This document shows, piece by piece, positions 13,408-26,812 of a stretch of DNA of 64,000 bases. The DNA is from Octopus vulgaris (lineage: Eukaryota), in NCBI GenBank assembly GCA_951406725.2, contig OX597816.1, positions 149,172,001 to 149,236,000 on the forward strand. Direction: 5' to 3'. The position numbers were made by a program, and so were the translations under genes. The notes under the pieces were generated by a model. The model searched no databases, was not told the DNA's origin, and saw only the letters and a program-made list of their open reading frames with translations. The stretch's first letter is position 1. The number at the start of each line of letters is the position of its first letter.

Positions 13408-13607
13408 CGCCATCTTTCCTTAACAACCACGGAGAACACAGCAGGTAACCATGGTAACAAGGAGCTTGTATTTATTTTGCCAACCTATTTTCTATAAATG
13501 TGAAAAACAACGGTGGGGGTGAGGTCAAAGAACTACACAAACACGAGGTCCCAAATGCCATTTCTAGACTACTTTGTCATAGACGTAAGGGCGTCATAAT
13601 GACGTCA
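13408..13607. promoter_or_regulatory. Promoter-like motif cluster with no identified coding exon
   Basis: YY1-like CGCCATCTT 13408, RFX X-box-like GTAACCATGGTAAC 13445-13458, CRE TGACGTCA 13600-13607; locally CpG-rich. Confidence 0.45.
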
Positions 13608-14941
13608 CCAATTTGCGCAAAACGTCATTTAGAAAAAAGAAAAAGAAGCGTTCAGCGTGCAATATTCAATGAAATTAAGCAAAGACTAAATCAAATAGTT
13701 CATGCTTTTTGAGTCTACCTAGTCTGGAAGATTATTTCGGAGCTGAAGGATTACTGCGCCAAAAGAGAATAAAAATCAAATTTCGATTTGTGGCGAGCAC
13801 AAAGCAGAATGAACATCACGAAGACAAACTCATTTGAAAAACTAGTCAATCAAGATTGTACTAGAACAGAATTTTCAGGAAAGTGATTAGTCAGTCAACC
13901 TATATATACGCACGCAAACAGATCAACCCATCGTAATGGATTTGCTTTAGCGCCACAACAGACGATTTAATAAATCGTCTAAAATGTAACTTGTAATTTG
14001 AAAAGGCCAATATTTTAGCTTCGTAAATGAACTAACCTATAAAAGAACACCCCCCCCCCCAATAATTCTTGCTTAATTATGCAGAATACCCGGATAAACT
14101 ACAACGAAAGCTTTAATATAGTATACTCGTTCGCTTTCAATAACAATGATGTGAGTTGTAAAACTTAATATTGTATTACACTTTCCTACATATTTTCAAC
14201 TTAACTGGTGGCAATGTACATATAAATATTAAGTGTATGAATGTATATTTCATTTGTATTTATAATTAAAATCTTAAATTCAAACAGCAGCATTTAAGTT
14301 TTAAGAAAGGAAGGAGAATAGTAATGTATTTATTGAATAACATATTACATTTTCATTCAGGGTCAAGTAGCGGGGTATCGACTAAACCACTCCTCTTCAT
14401 ATTTGCTGGCTTTATGTTAAATAAAATAACTACTGTGTTAGGGTATTCTGCAAAAGTAATCGACAATTATACAAGACATAAATCAGCTTTATAGGACAAG
14501 TAATTAAATCTAAGAATTTAAACAGATAAGGAAACTTTATGAGGTATGGCACATCCCTTGCAAAAGATTTTAAGAGGAAACTGCGAAGTGGATCGAGCCA
14601 ATTAAAGGAGCTTCTGTGTGAAATAGCAGCCACATCCATAGGCTAATGCAATCTAACCAACTTATTTCTCTAAATATTATGTGCAGCAATTAGTAAATTT
14701 TACACTTTATTGTAAGTCGGTGGCTGTCACTATACTGCCTATTTAAAGTTAATGATGTGAGCCGCATATTTTCTAATTATAAAACTAGATAAGCCCTTTA
14801 CATCAAACACAAGGTACAGAGAAGTATATGACAAAAATAAAGTTGCGTAACTGATTAAAAAAAAAAAGAATTTTCCAAATGAAATCCCTGACTTAAAAAT
14901 GGCATTACATGATCGTATAACTTGGAACCCAACAAACTTAC

Positions 14942-15277
14942 AATGACATTATCAGGATATCTCGTGGCACTGTTGTTTACAGCGTTGAAACGCTTCAGTC
15001 TTTGTTCGGTAACAAAGTTAGATTCATCCTGTGGCCTTGGCGAGAATATTGTAGGGACATAATCAATACTGGCTGTATTACGAACGGGGTATCGGCTGTG
15101 GAAATGCAAGCCACATATACGGTCGTTGTCGCTAGCAATCCAATTTGGCCTGTTTATAGCATTTACCCACAACTGACGCCGATGAGGGTTTCGCGGGAAT
15201 CTATGCAACCGCAAGCCGAGCTCAGAATTTTCTTTGGTAGCCCTTACTTTACAACCTACCACAACACAAGATGGCAT
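14942..15277 (-). CDS. Variable exon V8: complete THAP domain
   Basis: MPSCVVVGC...LHRFP...RR..W..AINR...RICGLHF...DYVPTIF; donor ATT|GTAAGT, phase 0. Confidence 0.89.
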
Positions 15278-15849
15278 GACTAGAGTATGAAATAATACGA
15301 ATAATAATAAAGAAAAAAAGTGTTAGGATACAAAAATACTCTAGCGAAGAATAGAGATATGTCGGCCAAATAAACGATGCGCATGCGTTAACCCCCACCC
15401 CTGCTTTTTATAATGTACTCTCTTGCTTATTTGGCACAAACTTCCAACTACTCTCGATACACAAAACACGTTTACCTATAGGATTCAAACAAAAATTGAG
15501 CTACAAAAAAAAAGCATTTGAATTCGTTTACATATATCGATAATTATTTTAGTTTTTAATTTCAATATTCACACCATTTGGAGATTGAAAAGAGATAAAG
15601 ATCTGAGACCAGATTCATAAATCCAGGAATATGCATGGTGCTTCCAAACATCATAAACAAGCAACTAACAACGGAACCGGTAATCAGTTGCGCACGTGTA
15701 CATGAAAAGTATGCATGACGTTCATGCCTGTCTCATGAGCATCAGTGATATATGTAAACAAATTTACACTGCGATGTGAAACTATCCCGCAAACAGTTAG
15801 ACTAAAGAGTGAACCAGTGACGTAGTTGATTACGATTTATCTAATATAT

Positions 15850-15992
15850 ATTTCTTTACTACCCACAAGGGGCTAAACACAGAGGAGACAGACAAACGGA
15901 TTAAGTCGATTACATTGACCTCAGTACGTAACTGGTACTTAATTTATCGACCCCGGAAGGATGAAAGGCAAAGTCGACCTCGGCGGAATTTG
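15850..15992 (-). mobile_element. CORE-type SINE fragment
   Basis: Minus strand reads tcaaattccgccgaggtcgactttgcctttcatccttccggggtcgataaattaagtaccag; related copies near 36650, 43150-43215, 48500 and 63530. Confidence 0.7.
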
Positions 15993-16623
15993 AGCGTAGT
16001 GTTTTTATATATATGTGTCTAAAATCGTGAAGTAGGAGAGAGAGTAGTAAAGTGAAGGGAGAGGAGAGCACATAGTAATTCAGTGGAGAAGTAGTAAGAG
16101 TAATAGCGCTGACCGAGAGAGAGTGAGAGAAAGGAAGTAGCAAAGAGTGCGTCGTGTATCTTGTTTTCTCCGTCACAACATGAGAAAGGAAGGTGTGAGA
16201 AAAAAATCAGCGTTTCAACTGTGTGTATGTAAAAGGGAGAGGTATGTGAATGTTTGTGTGCAATGGAAATGGGATGGTGAACTTGAGTTTATGTGTGTGC
16301 ATGTACAAGGAAAGTATAGACTGTTTGTATCTGTGATTATAATGTATAAAGTACTACAATTAGCCGTCATTTTTGACGACACGGGGTCAGGCTAGTATAG
16401 TTATAACCAGTTAGTTGCTAGTTAAAAAAAACCAACTTCTTAAGGAAATGAAAAATTAAACTGAACATCTGTTTTCTTTGTAAAATATTTGGAAGCTTTT
16501 CGACCCATCTCCACATTTCTCGGATTCTTTTTTGACAAATGAGAGAATAACGACACTTCGTTCTATTTATACAGAATCATTTAAAAACAATTATGGACAA
16601 AATTCAATACTTATAATACACAC

Positions 16624-17016
16624 CAATTTTTTTCTTGTTAGCAGCATGCGATCCAGAGTTCGTGAAATGCATCCATCACTTACAAGTGGTTTTTGTGGCA
16701 AATTCAATCTCATACCCTCATTTATCTTCCGCAAGGTGATAGATGGGTTGTTGTTTATTGCTTCGTACAAGTAGGCACGCATCTCATCATCAACTTTCAC
16801 ATTGCATCTACCGCCTTTGAGTAATGCTTCTCGTTTGCCCGTTTTTATATAGTCTAAAATTATTCTGCTTGCAGTCTTTAGATTAATGCCCATGGATTTA
16901 GCAAAGTCCTTGTAGTTCGATCCACGATCATAACAATCTATGAGTTGATTGCGTGCGGCGTTGGACACGGGCGGCTTTTTTGTTCCACGTCCGCTGGATG
17001 CGGCTTGCCGGGGCAT
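16624..17016 (-). CDS. Variable exon V9: IS630/Tc1-like transposase N-terminal HTH domains
   Basis: ATG 17016; VS...R..LI..Y..G.....A..MGIN..TA..II..Y..TG......GGR...K......L...I..NP.ITL..I......VS...ISR.L.....T.KKL; stops before any DDE; donor TTG|GTGTGT, phase 0. Confidence 0.8.
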
Positions 17017-17053
17017 TGCAAAAATCACTCTTTATCAAAGCTGTCACGCAAAT

Positions 17054-17131
17054 GTGTGCTCACTTTGAAATCTCTATTCTCACTTTGAAAGTCACGTGCG
17101 CTCATTTTGAAAGTCACGTGTGCTCACTTAG
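17054..17131. repeat. About 3.5 tandem copies of a ~21-bp unit (gtgtgctcactttgaaagtcac) just upstream of V9
   Basis: Units gtgtgctcactttgaaa / tattctcactttgaaagtcac / gtgcgctcattttgaaagtcac / gtgtgctcacttag read directly. Confidence 0.8.
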
Positions 17132-17855
17132 ACTTACAAATACGATTTAGGTAAGGGTAAGAGGAGGTGAAAGACGTAAAAAGCGAGATCCCCGACTACT
17201 TACATGTTTTCAATATAGTTGTGATCGCTTTAAACACACCAAGGAGAAAAAAACCTCAAAAACTGTGTTTTCGATATAACATCACCACCAACTATTAAAT
17301 TATTTTACTGAGTCTGAGACAAAGAACCAGAATTATACTCCCCACAAATCTTTGTATATTCTCTAACCTACTTCAGACAATAGTTGTTTCCTATTTTACT
17401 AACTCGTTAAAATTATTCAAAAGTAACGTGTAAAGCCGAAACGGAAATGACGAAATGTATATAGTTTGTTTAAACTAACAAGAACACACTTCGTAAAATT
17501 TTTCTTGATTTTCAATAAACGCTAAAATAGGAAATTGAACAAAGGCACTCTAACCGCGACACTCCAGTCAACATATCGTAATATAATTTATATGAAAAGT
17601 ATTTCCTTTTATTTTATTAAAACGTCTATTGAACGATATATTGATTGGACAGTACGGCTACAACGCTTTAGGTTAATGCCTAAAAACAGCAGTAACTGAA
17701 AAAAAAAATCTTTTTTGAACATGTTCTTGTCGCGTATAAACTATGGATGTTCCGCCGTTTCGACGTTAGTAACCAAAGAAACGACTGTGGGTTTACCCAC
17801 TACTTTCGCACCCCTCCACCTATCTCTCATTCATACACGTTAAGAAATACTTTAC

Positions 17856-18032
17856 CTTAGCAACATTGCCAGTACTAGCACGTTTCTGTCTTCTCCTTAG
17901 TGCAGACGATCTCATTTTTTCTAAACGTCTGCTCCTTTTTTCTGCAGTTTCTCTCTCTCTCCGGGCCCTCTCTCTCAATGCTTTTGCAGCACGACGTTCC
18001 TCGTCGGTGGCATATTTCTTTGGCCTTCCCAT
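17856..18032 (-). CDS. Variable exon V10: basic helical domain (GRP motif plus STPR-like ET.E.R..RL..MR repeat)
   Basis: ATG 18032; MGRPKKYATDEERRAAKALRERARRERETAEKRSRRLEKMRSSALRRRQKR; donor AAG|GTAAAG, phase 0. Family assignment tentative. Confidence 0.68.
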
Positions 18033-18405
18033 TAGTTGACGTATACGGCGGAGGAGAATTAAAAACTTCCCGTTTGACAAAAGGTTTTTAAAGGAGATTA
18101 AGAAATTCACAAGTTGACAGCTTTGATACTGACCGTTTAATTTAGTCAGAAAACAGAATTGTTAATTTGTTTATTAAATTTTACAATTTCATAGATTAAC
18201 AGATGCAGTGTGTGTTTCGGGCACATACACATTCAATCCATTACGGCATTACTATACTAATTCGGTAAAGTACGTTCATACTGAACTGAGTGAAAGTTGT
18301 CCAATCCCGGCAGTTAGAACATAGCAGGTATTGGAAGTAAGGGCGCTAGTGTTACTAAAGGTAGTAAGTAATTAGTAGTGGCGGGACACCGTCGTGAACA
18401 AAGAG

Positions 18406-18483
18406 ACATGGCGGCAATAGCCACGTGATATGATCTCCGCTCCAGTATTAGTTCAAAATGAGGCAACTAGTCTGTCACGTGAC
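18406..18483. promoter_or_regulatory. Putative promoter of V10
   Basis: YY1-like ACATGGCGGC 18406; E-boxes CACGTG 18422 and GTCACGTGAC 18474-18483. Confidence 0.45.
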
Positions 18484-21366
18484 GTGTGAGGTTTGGGCAC
18501 ATACACTAACAGAACTTCACGTAGAATGCACAGGTGAGAGAGGCGGTGATGAAATGAAAACTGATATAGATAATCACAACTAAAATTGCTACAGAATTTG
18601 TCGTTGTAAGACGATTGACAACCCGTCATTATAAATATTGAGTAGAAAAAAAAGTCCCTTATCTTTATCACATTAAATAAAACAATTGATGTGCTGAGAT
18701 AATGAAGTTATTTTCGTATCCCTTATGAAATAAAAGATCTACAACGTCCATATTCCCAGATACAGTTGCAATTGTGTACCTTATGTCCTTCAAACCTACA
18801 CTAGCCAATAATAAGTGTCGAGACATTACTCAATAAAATGCCACTTCCACGTTGACAACTAAAGGTACCATACATAATTCATCTTGGCTCAGTCAACTGT
18901 AAAATGTGTTTAATTGCATAGAGATCAAATATGTTATATCTAGTAACATTAAAATATATTTTTGTACCCCATGATACACAAAAACATTACACAATCCCAA
19001 ACAATTCAGTGATAATATAACAATGAGTGTATAATTTAACGTCTGCTTTGCCGTGTTACCAGGAGTCAGATGGAATTTGTTGAGGTAGATTTTGTGGCCA
19101 AATGCCCTTCTTCATGTTTCCAAGCAAGGAAATATTTTCTCATAGGTGACAACCTCACATGATGCTTATTTACAACCATCATGTGAGGTCTAGACAAGGG
19201 TACACACACGATGCGCTTCTTTCAGTTTCCATCTACCAAACACACAAGAGGCTTTGATCGACCCAAGGCGAAAGTAGAAGACACTTGCCCATGGTGTAGA
19301 GCACTGGGACAGAACCCAAGACTGAATGGTTGGGAAGCAAGCTTCTTAACTACATACATACTTTATCACTTGCTATTTGGTATCAAAATTTGCATCTCAT
19401 CTGCAACCTGGTCACTGACACAATTCCATTGTAATTCAGTGTTGCAACTGGACATCAAATGAAGACTGTTGAAACTAATAAATGATTAAATGAAGTTAAC
19501 AGTTTATGCGATTCCGAATCAATGTCTTCCATGCTCTAAAATAAAATGTGTTCACAAACTTAATCTCAAGAATTTCTATGTGGAATTACATCTCTGGAAA
19601 GACTTCCATTATACTTAAATGTATGTTGTATAATGATCTTCCTATTATATTATAATGGTGCCAAGCCCTAGGAATCTGACAAAAAACAAAACAATGGCAT
19701 CTAGCTGTAGAAATTTTGCCAATTCAGATCAGAACCTGGTGCAGTGCCCTGGCTTACCAGTTTTCAGTCAAACTGACCAACCCATGCTATCATGGAAAAC
19801 GGACATTAAATGATGATGATGAAGATGATGATTCACTGTCAAACTGGATATTCATCTTCATGTAAAACTGAAAGTTCTGACAAGGAAAATAGAACACCAA
19901 ATACCTTTTCCAACCACATGAACATTGCCATTTAGAGCCACACAATTGCTAAGCAATGCAAAGGAGATCATTTATTTCAGTGTAAAGACCAAAACCTTTA
20001 GGTATTGAAAACAGAAAAATCAAGATATCTGAATTTGGAAAGAGGACAATGATGACAGAAAGATCAGAAATGGATATTAGGGAGGTGGAAAAAGAGTAAC
20101 TGTAGGTATGTAAATGAATATCATATGCCAGAGTATAAGATGCACATGTTTATTCCTAGATGTAACAAAACACAAAAAAACTACTGCACAATCTAATGCA
20201 ACTGTATAATACAGTTGGATAGGATACTGCATGTATGTGTATGATGAAACATTAAATTTATTTTTTCAACAAAAAAGTCTAATGTGAGAGTATTTTATAC
20301 TGGTATATATGTATAGACAGACAAACAATAAGCCTCCACAGGTTGTGCACCAAATCACAAGAGGCATTGGTGAACCCAATGGCTTTTGTAAAAGACACTT
20401 GCCCAAGATGCTACATAGTCTGATCAAACTCAGAACCATGGAGCAGCAAAGTAAACTTCTTAACCACATGATTATCCTGCACATATTTGTAAAAAATTCT
20501 AAAAATTGATGCATCATAGCCATACATGAGAAGAGAGTATTTGAGTATTCGATAAGAAAATTCCTTAATAGCATCTTGAAGATGAAATTCCTTCATATAT
20601 ACACACAGAACACATAACTACATGCATACCCTCCACTTTCAGCAAGTAATACAATGCCACAATGAGAGTCACCAAGATTAGTTACCTTAAATATAAAAAA
20701 GGGGCCACCTCAATTTACAAAAGTCAATGAAAAAAACTGTGGCAGAATGGAATCAAATGTGTTTACTAGATACACATCACCAGGTCAAGTCATGATCAAT
20801 AAAGAATGTCTGCTACAGAAATTAAGGTGAACAATGGTGCAGCTGGACACCAGTTTTGTATGTTAAATGGTTATCACACTTCAGAAATCACCAATATAAT
20901 AAGTATAATAGTATTCCACATGATGTTTGATATTTTTCGCACAGCAAGCTATCAATATGTTGGCCCATTGGAACAGCCCTGCAAAAGTAATAGAATGACC
21001 CTCAACTAAATTTGCAACACTGAATTCTTTTCTCCTGGAGCAACTATTAAAAGAGCAATCAGAAAACTCATTCTAGCACCGAGAGAGCTTCTATAAATTA
21101 TGTAGCTCAAACTTCATGCTAGGAAGAGTCAGGGTATGTGTGTGTGAGAGTAAATGTGGTTTAGTGGTTAGTGTGTTGCAACCATGGTTATATAACCCTG
21201 GACTAGGCAGTGTGCTGTGTTAATGAGCAAAACACCTAATTTTATGTTGCTCCAGTTCGCTCAGCTGGCAAAAGTGAGCAATCCTGCAGTGGATAGGTGT
21301 CCTGCTCAGGGGGTGATTAGAATCAAGGAAATCAGCCAGATCTTTAGATCTTATTGTATGTATATA

Positions 21367-21527
21367 CAGGGTTGGCCAAAAGTCACCCAATAGCAAATCA
21401 AAATTTCATAAATACTATCTGTAATTCTGTATTGACTCGAATAGAAAAATGTGTTGCTCGAGAAGGACTTCAGTTTGTGGAATTAAATGGTTTTGAGTTA
21501 CTGTCAGGTGACTTTTGGTCAGCCCTG
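21367..21527. mobile_element. Tc1/mariner-derived MITE
   Basis: TA|CAGGGTTGGCCAAAAGTCACC ... GGTGACTTTTGGTCAGCCCTG|TA; internal RIEKCVAREGLQF resembles a mariner transposase C-terminus. Confidence 0.8.
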
Positions 21528-23199
21528 TATAATTTTGTACAAACTTTTATTTGTCAAATTAACAAAACAAAATAACCTCAGATCAAAGTAAAAAAGTTTG
21601 ACTTCTGAGATGTACATATTGTGTGAAAAATATGCATTTAAGAAGTTACACCATTTAACCTGGCCATATCTGGCCAAAATATTGTTTTATGTTCAAATTT
21701 GATAGATCTGACCTCTCACACCAACCATACAATGTCATTCTAAAAATAAGCATTCACACCAGCAAAATGTAGACAATATGACATAAAGCATGATTAATTT
21801 AAAACAATGTAAACAAATAAGCATTGCATTTGATAGAAGTTATCCATACGCTGAAGGGTTAAAACATGATTCAGTTACAAAGCAAATATGGAAACTTATG
21901 TTCCAACTAGTCCAAATAAATTTCATGAATGAAATTAATTTTTACTCAATAATAAACCAGATAAAAATCATTTCACTCCTATGCAAAAATGTGAGTATAG
22001 TCAATAGTTAACTAATTGAAGGGAGGTAATCCTCAGCGCAATTCTCTGGACAATAAAGTTTGAAGTTAATTTTCATCCAAATTTCCTAGATAAGTATATC
22101 CTTTATACAGAACTTAAAAAAACAAAATATTTCACATCTAACAGAGTGGTTGATTCAACAAGCTCTTCAATCGCTTAAGATAGCATTTACTTTTACACAA
22201 GCTAGAATCTTGTTGCCAACAGTTCTACATGCTAATTCTATATATCCCAAAAGACAAAATTTAACAGCAAGCTCATAAATAGCTTGACACAAGGCTCTAA
22301 GATATGGCTCCTTCATCTATTGATTACAACTGAAAAATGCAGGCATATGGAAGAAGTTAGATGAAATGGCTCAATATGAAATAAAATGCCCAAGACTCAG
22401 CTGATAGCTAGTAAATAGCCAGATATATCAATAATCACATTCTTTTCCCCTTTCTGCAAGACATTTTATACACACCATAGCTTTCTCATATGACTACAGA
22501 TCAGGGGATTGTGTTAAAAATCCTCTCAATCAACATGTAAAATGGCTACAAGCATTTTATTAGAAATAATAGCACCTACATTGAAAATAGTTCCAATAAA
22601 ATACAAACAGATGAAATAAGATCTAAGAGATTGATAACTTGCTAGAAAAAGCAGTCCTATTTCCTTCAAACCATATTCACCACCTTACAAAATTTAAGAT
22701 GGCTATGAGGCAATGCCATTGATTGATTATAGGTCTGCTCAATCAGTCTAATTTGGGATTAAACTTCAATCAAAATTATATATTTTTGCAAGGTTTCTTT
22801 TAAGTGACTGTTACCCATGCTAATATTAGAAATTTTTATATGAAATGAGGTTACAGCCCAAAAGAGGTTAATGGAAAAGGATTATTATTAATTTTGCAGA
22901 ATACAGTAGTAATGTTTTAATTAATTTTGCACTGTAATATCTCAGATATACAAAGGTTTCATAGTTTGTTTTATGAAAATTAAATCCCAAAATACAACAA
23001 ATATCTTTTCAACAAACTTATCTCCAATTTTTAAAACACTTAAGTATTCTGGGCACACAAGGAGTAAAAGTGTATTAGTTTGCTATTATCTTATACAAAA
23101 AAAAAAAAAAAAAAAAAAACCTAGCAAAAATTGAAAGTAATTTTTTTCTAACTTGCTGAGTCTGGAGAATGGGGCAGAGCCTAAGTCTCTCACAGGCCT

Positions 23200-24270
23200 T
23201 TTGAGATTGGTGAAATTGATTGTTAATGTTCTGTTTAAACTGTTGCAAATCAATATTTACAAGAAAGATGTGAGCAAAGAGGAGATGCCAGAGAGCCAAT
23301 GTTCAAAGGAAGGATTCGGATTTATGGTTAGTGACAAGGATGGAAACAAGTGGGTCAGGAGCACCTAAGTAGTGGAGGTATGAGAGCAGCTGGCTCTCAG
23401 AAGCAGAGACCATTACAATAGCAATAGAAAGACAGTCTACTTATGTGCCAGAGGCTGTAATGTACTTATAAGTGTTGAATAGCTCTTTCCTGGCTGTGGC
23501 CCAGGGCGTCAGTGTGCATAGTTGCTGCTTTGTCCCAAATGGGGGCATAGTACTCCATTGTGAGCCTAACTTGAGCTTGTAGAATGTTGGCAGCTTTTAA
23601 GGAATGAAATATTTTCTAGCCCTAAAGAGCAGGACTCATTTTTGGGATGTGGTCTTAGCTATGCCAGAGATATACTCTTTCCAGAAGATGACAGTGACAC
23701 ATAGTGAGGAGCTGTAGCTGAGTGATTAGCAGGAGTTCAATGGTGTTTTCTTGATATGCATAGTGCTTGAGTTTTCTGTTGTTAAAATAAAAAAGGTTGG
23801 CATGGTATCACTAGAGGATGCCCTCAAAGTGGAGCCAATGCAGATTTGGTATATGGTGTCTAGGATGCATGTAGATGATGTATTGTTATGAAAGGTTAGG
23901 AAGGAATAAAGGGTCATGTCATCTGGGCATAAGAATGGGCATGGCTGGATGGTGTGGCATTGATATAAAGAAGAATATGTGGAACCTTGCTGTATTGGTG
24001 CAATCGAATATGAAATTACTGATCCAATAGATGGGAAGTTTCAACAGTGTTGCATGCCAGACATGGTCAAAGGCTTTACTGATGCCTAGAGCAATGATAC
24101 TGATTTTGCTAAACTTCTTTAAAGCGAGACTCAACAGGTGAATGACATGACACTAAAGGTGATGAATGTCTCTATTACATAGATGTTCTAAGTGAGAGCA
24201 ATGGGGCAACTGTTGGCTTGGTTAGAGGAAATGCCTTTCTTTGGGAAGGGATGTACAGAAGCATGCTTTC
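23200..24270 (-). mobile_element. Degenerate non-LTR retrotransposon (LINE) reverse transcriptase fragment
   Basis: Broken frames give KHASVHPFPKKG, IIALGISKAFDHVWHATLLKL, YKAQVRLTMEYYAPIW and NIDLQQFKQNIN, typical of LINE ORF2. Confidence 0.78.
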
Positions 24271-25377
24271 AATGACAAATGTCATGGTGTAGCCCCCTAT
24301 ACAAGTTACTCTTCAGTTTACTTTAAATAGCATTCTTTTTAAATATTAAATATCTTTAAGAATAATATATTAATTTTGATTAAATGAACATTACATATGT
24401 AGTGTTCAAAAAGAACAGGATTCTTTTTTTTTTTTAGATTGATTGAGGCAAAGGCATAAAAAGTCTGCTTCCCTCATGCTGTGTTACAAGTGTCTTTTAC
24501 TATTAGCCAATCAAAGCAATGAGTGGATTTTTGTAGATGGAAACTAAAAAGAAACTCATTGTGTGTATCTATGTGTCTATGTGTTTAGTCTTCCAGCCTT
24601 GGCATTGTGATAGTTGTGAGTCTTACAGCCATGCAGTGTCCTTCATTTCATATCTTCCAAGACATGTCAGATTATGGGGAAATGCTACCTACTTTGAAAA
24701 ATAAAAGGTGATGGTTGGTGACTGGAAGGGCATCCAGCCACAGAAAATCTAGCTCAACAAATTATGTCTGACCCAACTGAGCATGGAAAAATAGAGGTTA
24801 AGGTTCTAGCTAAGTAAAAAACACGGCAATTCCAATTTTGAATGCTTGCAAAACATAGGAGGAGTAAAATAGTACAATAGGAAAATTAAAAGAAGTTTTG
24901 GAGAAATCACCTGTGCATAGCATGAAAGTTAAGACACCCTGAAATTGACTAGGAGATATAAAGAAACCAATGTCAGCTTCAATGGAGTTGTTATAGTAGA
25001 TTTCAAAGCTGTTGAGGGGATTAGAGGTCAAGTAAACTGAATATATCTACACTTCTCTTGATGTGTGGATGATATTTTAAGTTGGGAAATAAGATGTAAG
25101 TTATTAAACATTATGTACAATGTTACTACCATATATTTATTAGTGTTTATTTTCCCCCATAACTTTTAAGTTTTGTACCTTGAAGAATTTACTAGATGAT
25201 ATAGAAGAAATGTTAGCATGAAACTGCAGGTAATGAAAGCAGTCAACTCATCAAACACTTACTCCCTACAAGCTGAATATTTGCTTGTACTCTTAGTATT
25301 ACTTGTACACTATACTTTGCATGGGTGTGCATACACACATACAATGTTCAAATGAAGTTAAATAAAAACAAACTTAC

Positions 25378-25473
25378 ATCTATGTATCCACCTGAGGAAT
25401 GGAGAACATTCATTGGTCTGACTGGTAGAGGATCAGGGTGGTCTCGTGTAGGTCCATTGCCACCAACAAAATG
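25378..25473 (-). CDS. Shared internal exon S: C-terminal half of THAP domain (32 aa)
   Basis: Not in ORF track. Acceptor attttctttcactccag|, 96 nt encoding HFVGGNGPTRDHPDPLPVRPMNVLHSSGGYID, donor GAT|GTAAGT; phase 0/0; closely matches V4 HFIGKNGPTPEHPDPIP. Confidence 0.9.
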
Positions 25474-26444
25474 CTGGAGTGAAAGAAAATAAGATTTGAT
25501 ATTAGAACATAAGGTAATATGTTAGGTTTCAAAAATTTATCAGAATATATAAAGAAATTTTAGAATGAAGCATCATGGAAATAATAAGTAGTCAATTGAG
25601 ACATACACCTACCCACTACTAGATGTAGAGTATTCGTGCTATATTACTTGCAAACTAAACTTTGTGTGTCTGTGAGTTGACTACTTCCATTATCTGAAGC
25701 TTCATGTTAAAATTTCATCACAGAAAATCAACGTCCAATGTTGCCTTAAAATTAAAAAAAATCTATGGAACTATGAAGTTATTTGATTATCAGTTTCCCT
25801 GGAGGTCATTTGTGGCTGCCACTTAACAGGTCAAAACTGAACTGGTGCCACTAGCAGTTAATTCCTGGTGTACAGCACACTCAGATATAAAACAGTGCTG
25901 TTGGTAATTAATTAGTTAAGACAAGCAAATAGTGAAAGTAATACAGTAATAAAATTAAATAAGGATTATTATTATTATAACGCCCTTTTGTTGATATTAG
26001 CATTGGATTCTATATACAACCACTTATTGCCCTATTCTTTTAAGATCTGTTGACATGGTGCTATTTGAAATCGCATATTTCTTACTGCATTTTACTGTGG
26101 TATGGAAATATCTAGCAAACAACACATTTTCATCCAGCATTTATTGTTCACATTACCACCCTTACATATATTTCAGCTCTTTAATGCCCTACTTCAGTTC
26201 ATTGGCACTTCTGCTTTTCATGCAAGTAGAACATTATTCAACAAACCCCATCAGAACTTTTCCACATTCACTGTTCTATGGCTACCACACACATTAACAT
26301 ATACTCCATGCAATCTACTTTTATTGTAAATACAGAAAGTATAATTTTAGCATGTAAGTTATATGCATTTTATTTTTGAAATTTCTATTAAGAATTTACT
26401 TTAAGAGTGCATAATGACATCTCTCACCCAAACAACCCAGCTAC

Positions 26445-26580
26445 AAAGAAATGCTTACCAACCACATGGTTTGGGTTCAGTCCCACTGCGTGGCACCTTG
26501 GGCAAGTGTCTGCTATAGCCTTGGGCTGACCAAAGCCTTGTGAGCGGATTTGGTAGATGGAAACTGAAAGCAGCCCGTCG

Positions 26581-26617
<37 letters not shown>

Positions 26618-26812
26618 TTGTGTACACGTTTGTTCCTCCACCATCACTTGACAACCGATGCTGGTGTGTTTACGTCCCCGTAACTTAGCGGTTCGGTAAA
26701 AAGAAACCAATACAATAAGTACTAGGCTTACAAAGAATAAGTCCTGGAGTCAATTTGCTCGACTAAAGGTGGTGCTCCAGCATGACAGCAGTCAAATGAC
26801 AAACAAGTAAAA
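26445..26812 (+). mobile_element. tRNA-derived SINE (octopus-type), 5' slightly decayed
   Basis: Close copy of 36207-36598, including B-box GGTTCAGTCCC and internal (TA)n. Confidence 0.85.

Noticed and set aside
13156-13413. 85-aa minus-strand ORF below a promoter-like cluster
   Set aside because: No recognisable domain or good phase-0 donor; kept only as a possible non-coding exon region.
17054-17131. CRISPR-like array
   Set aside because: Contiguous tandem units without unique spacers, in eukaryotic DNA with no cas genes.
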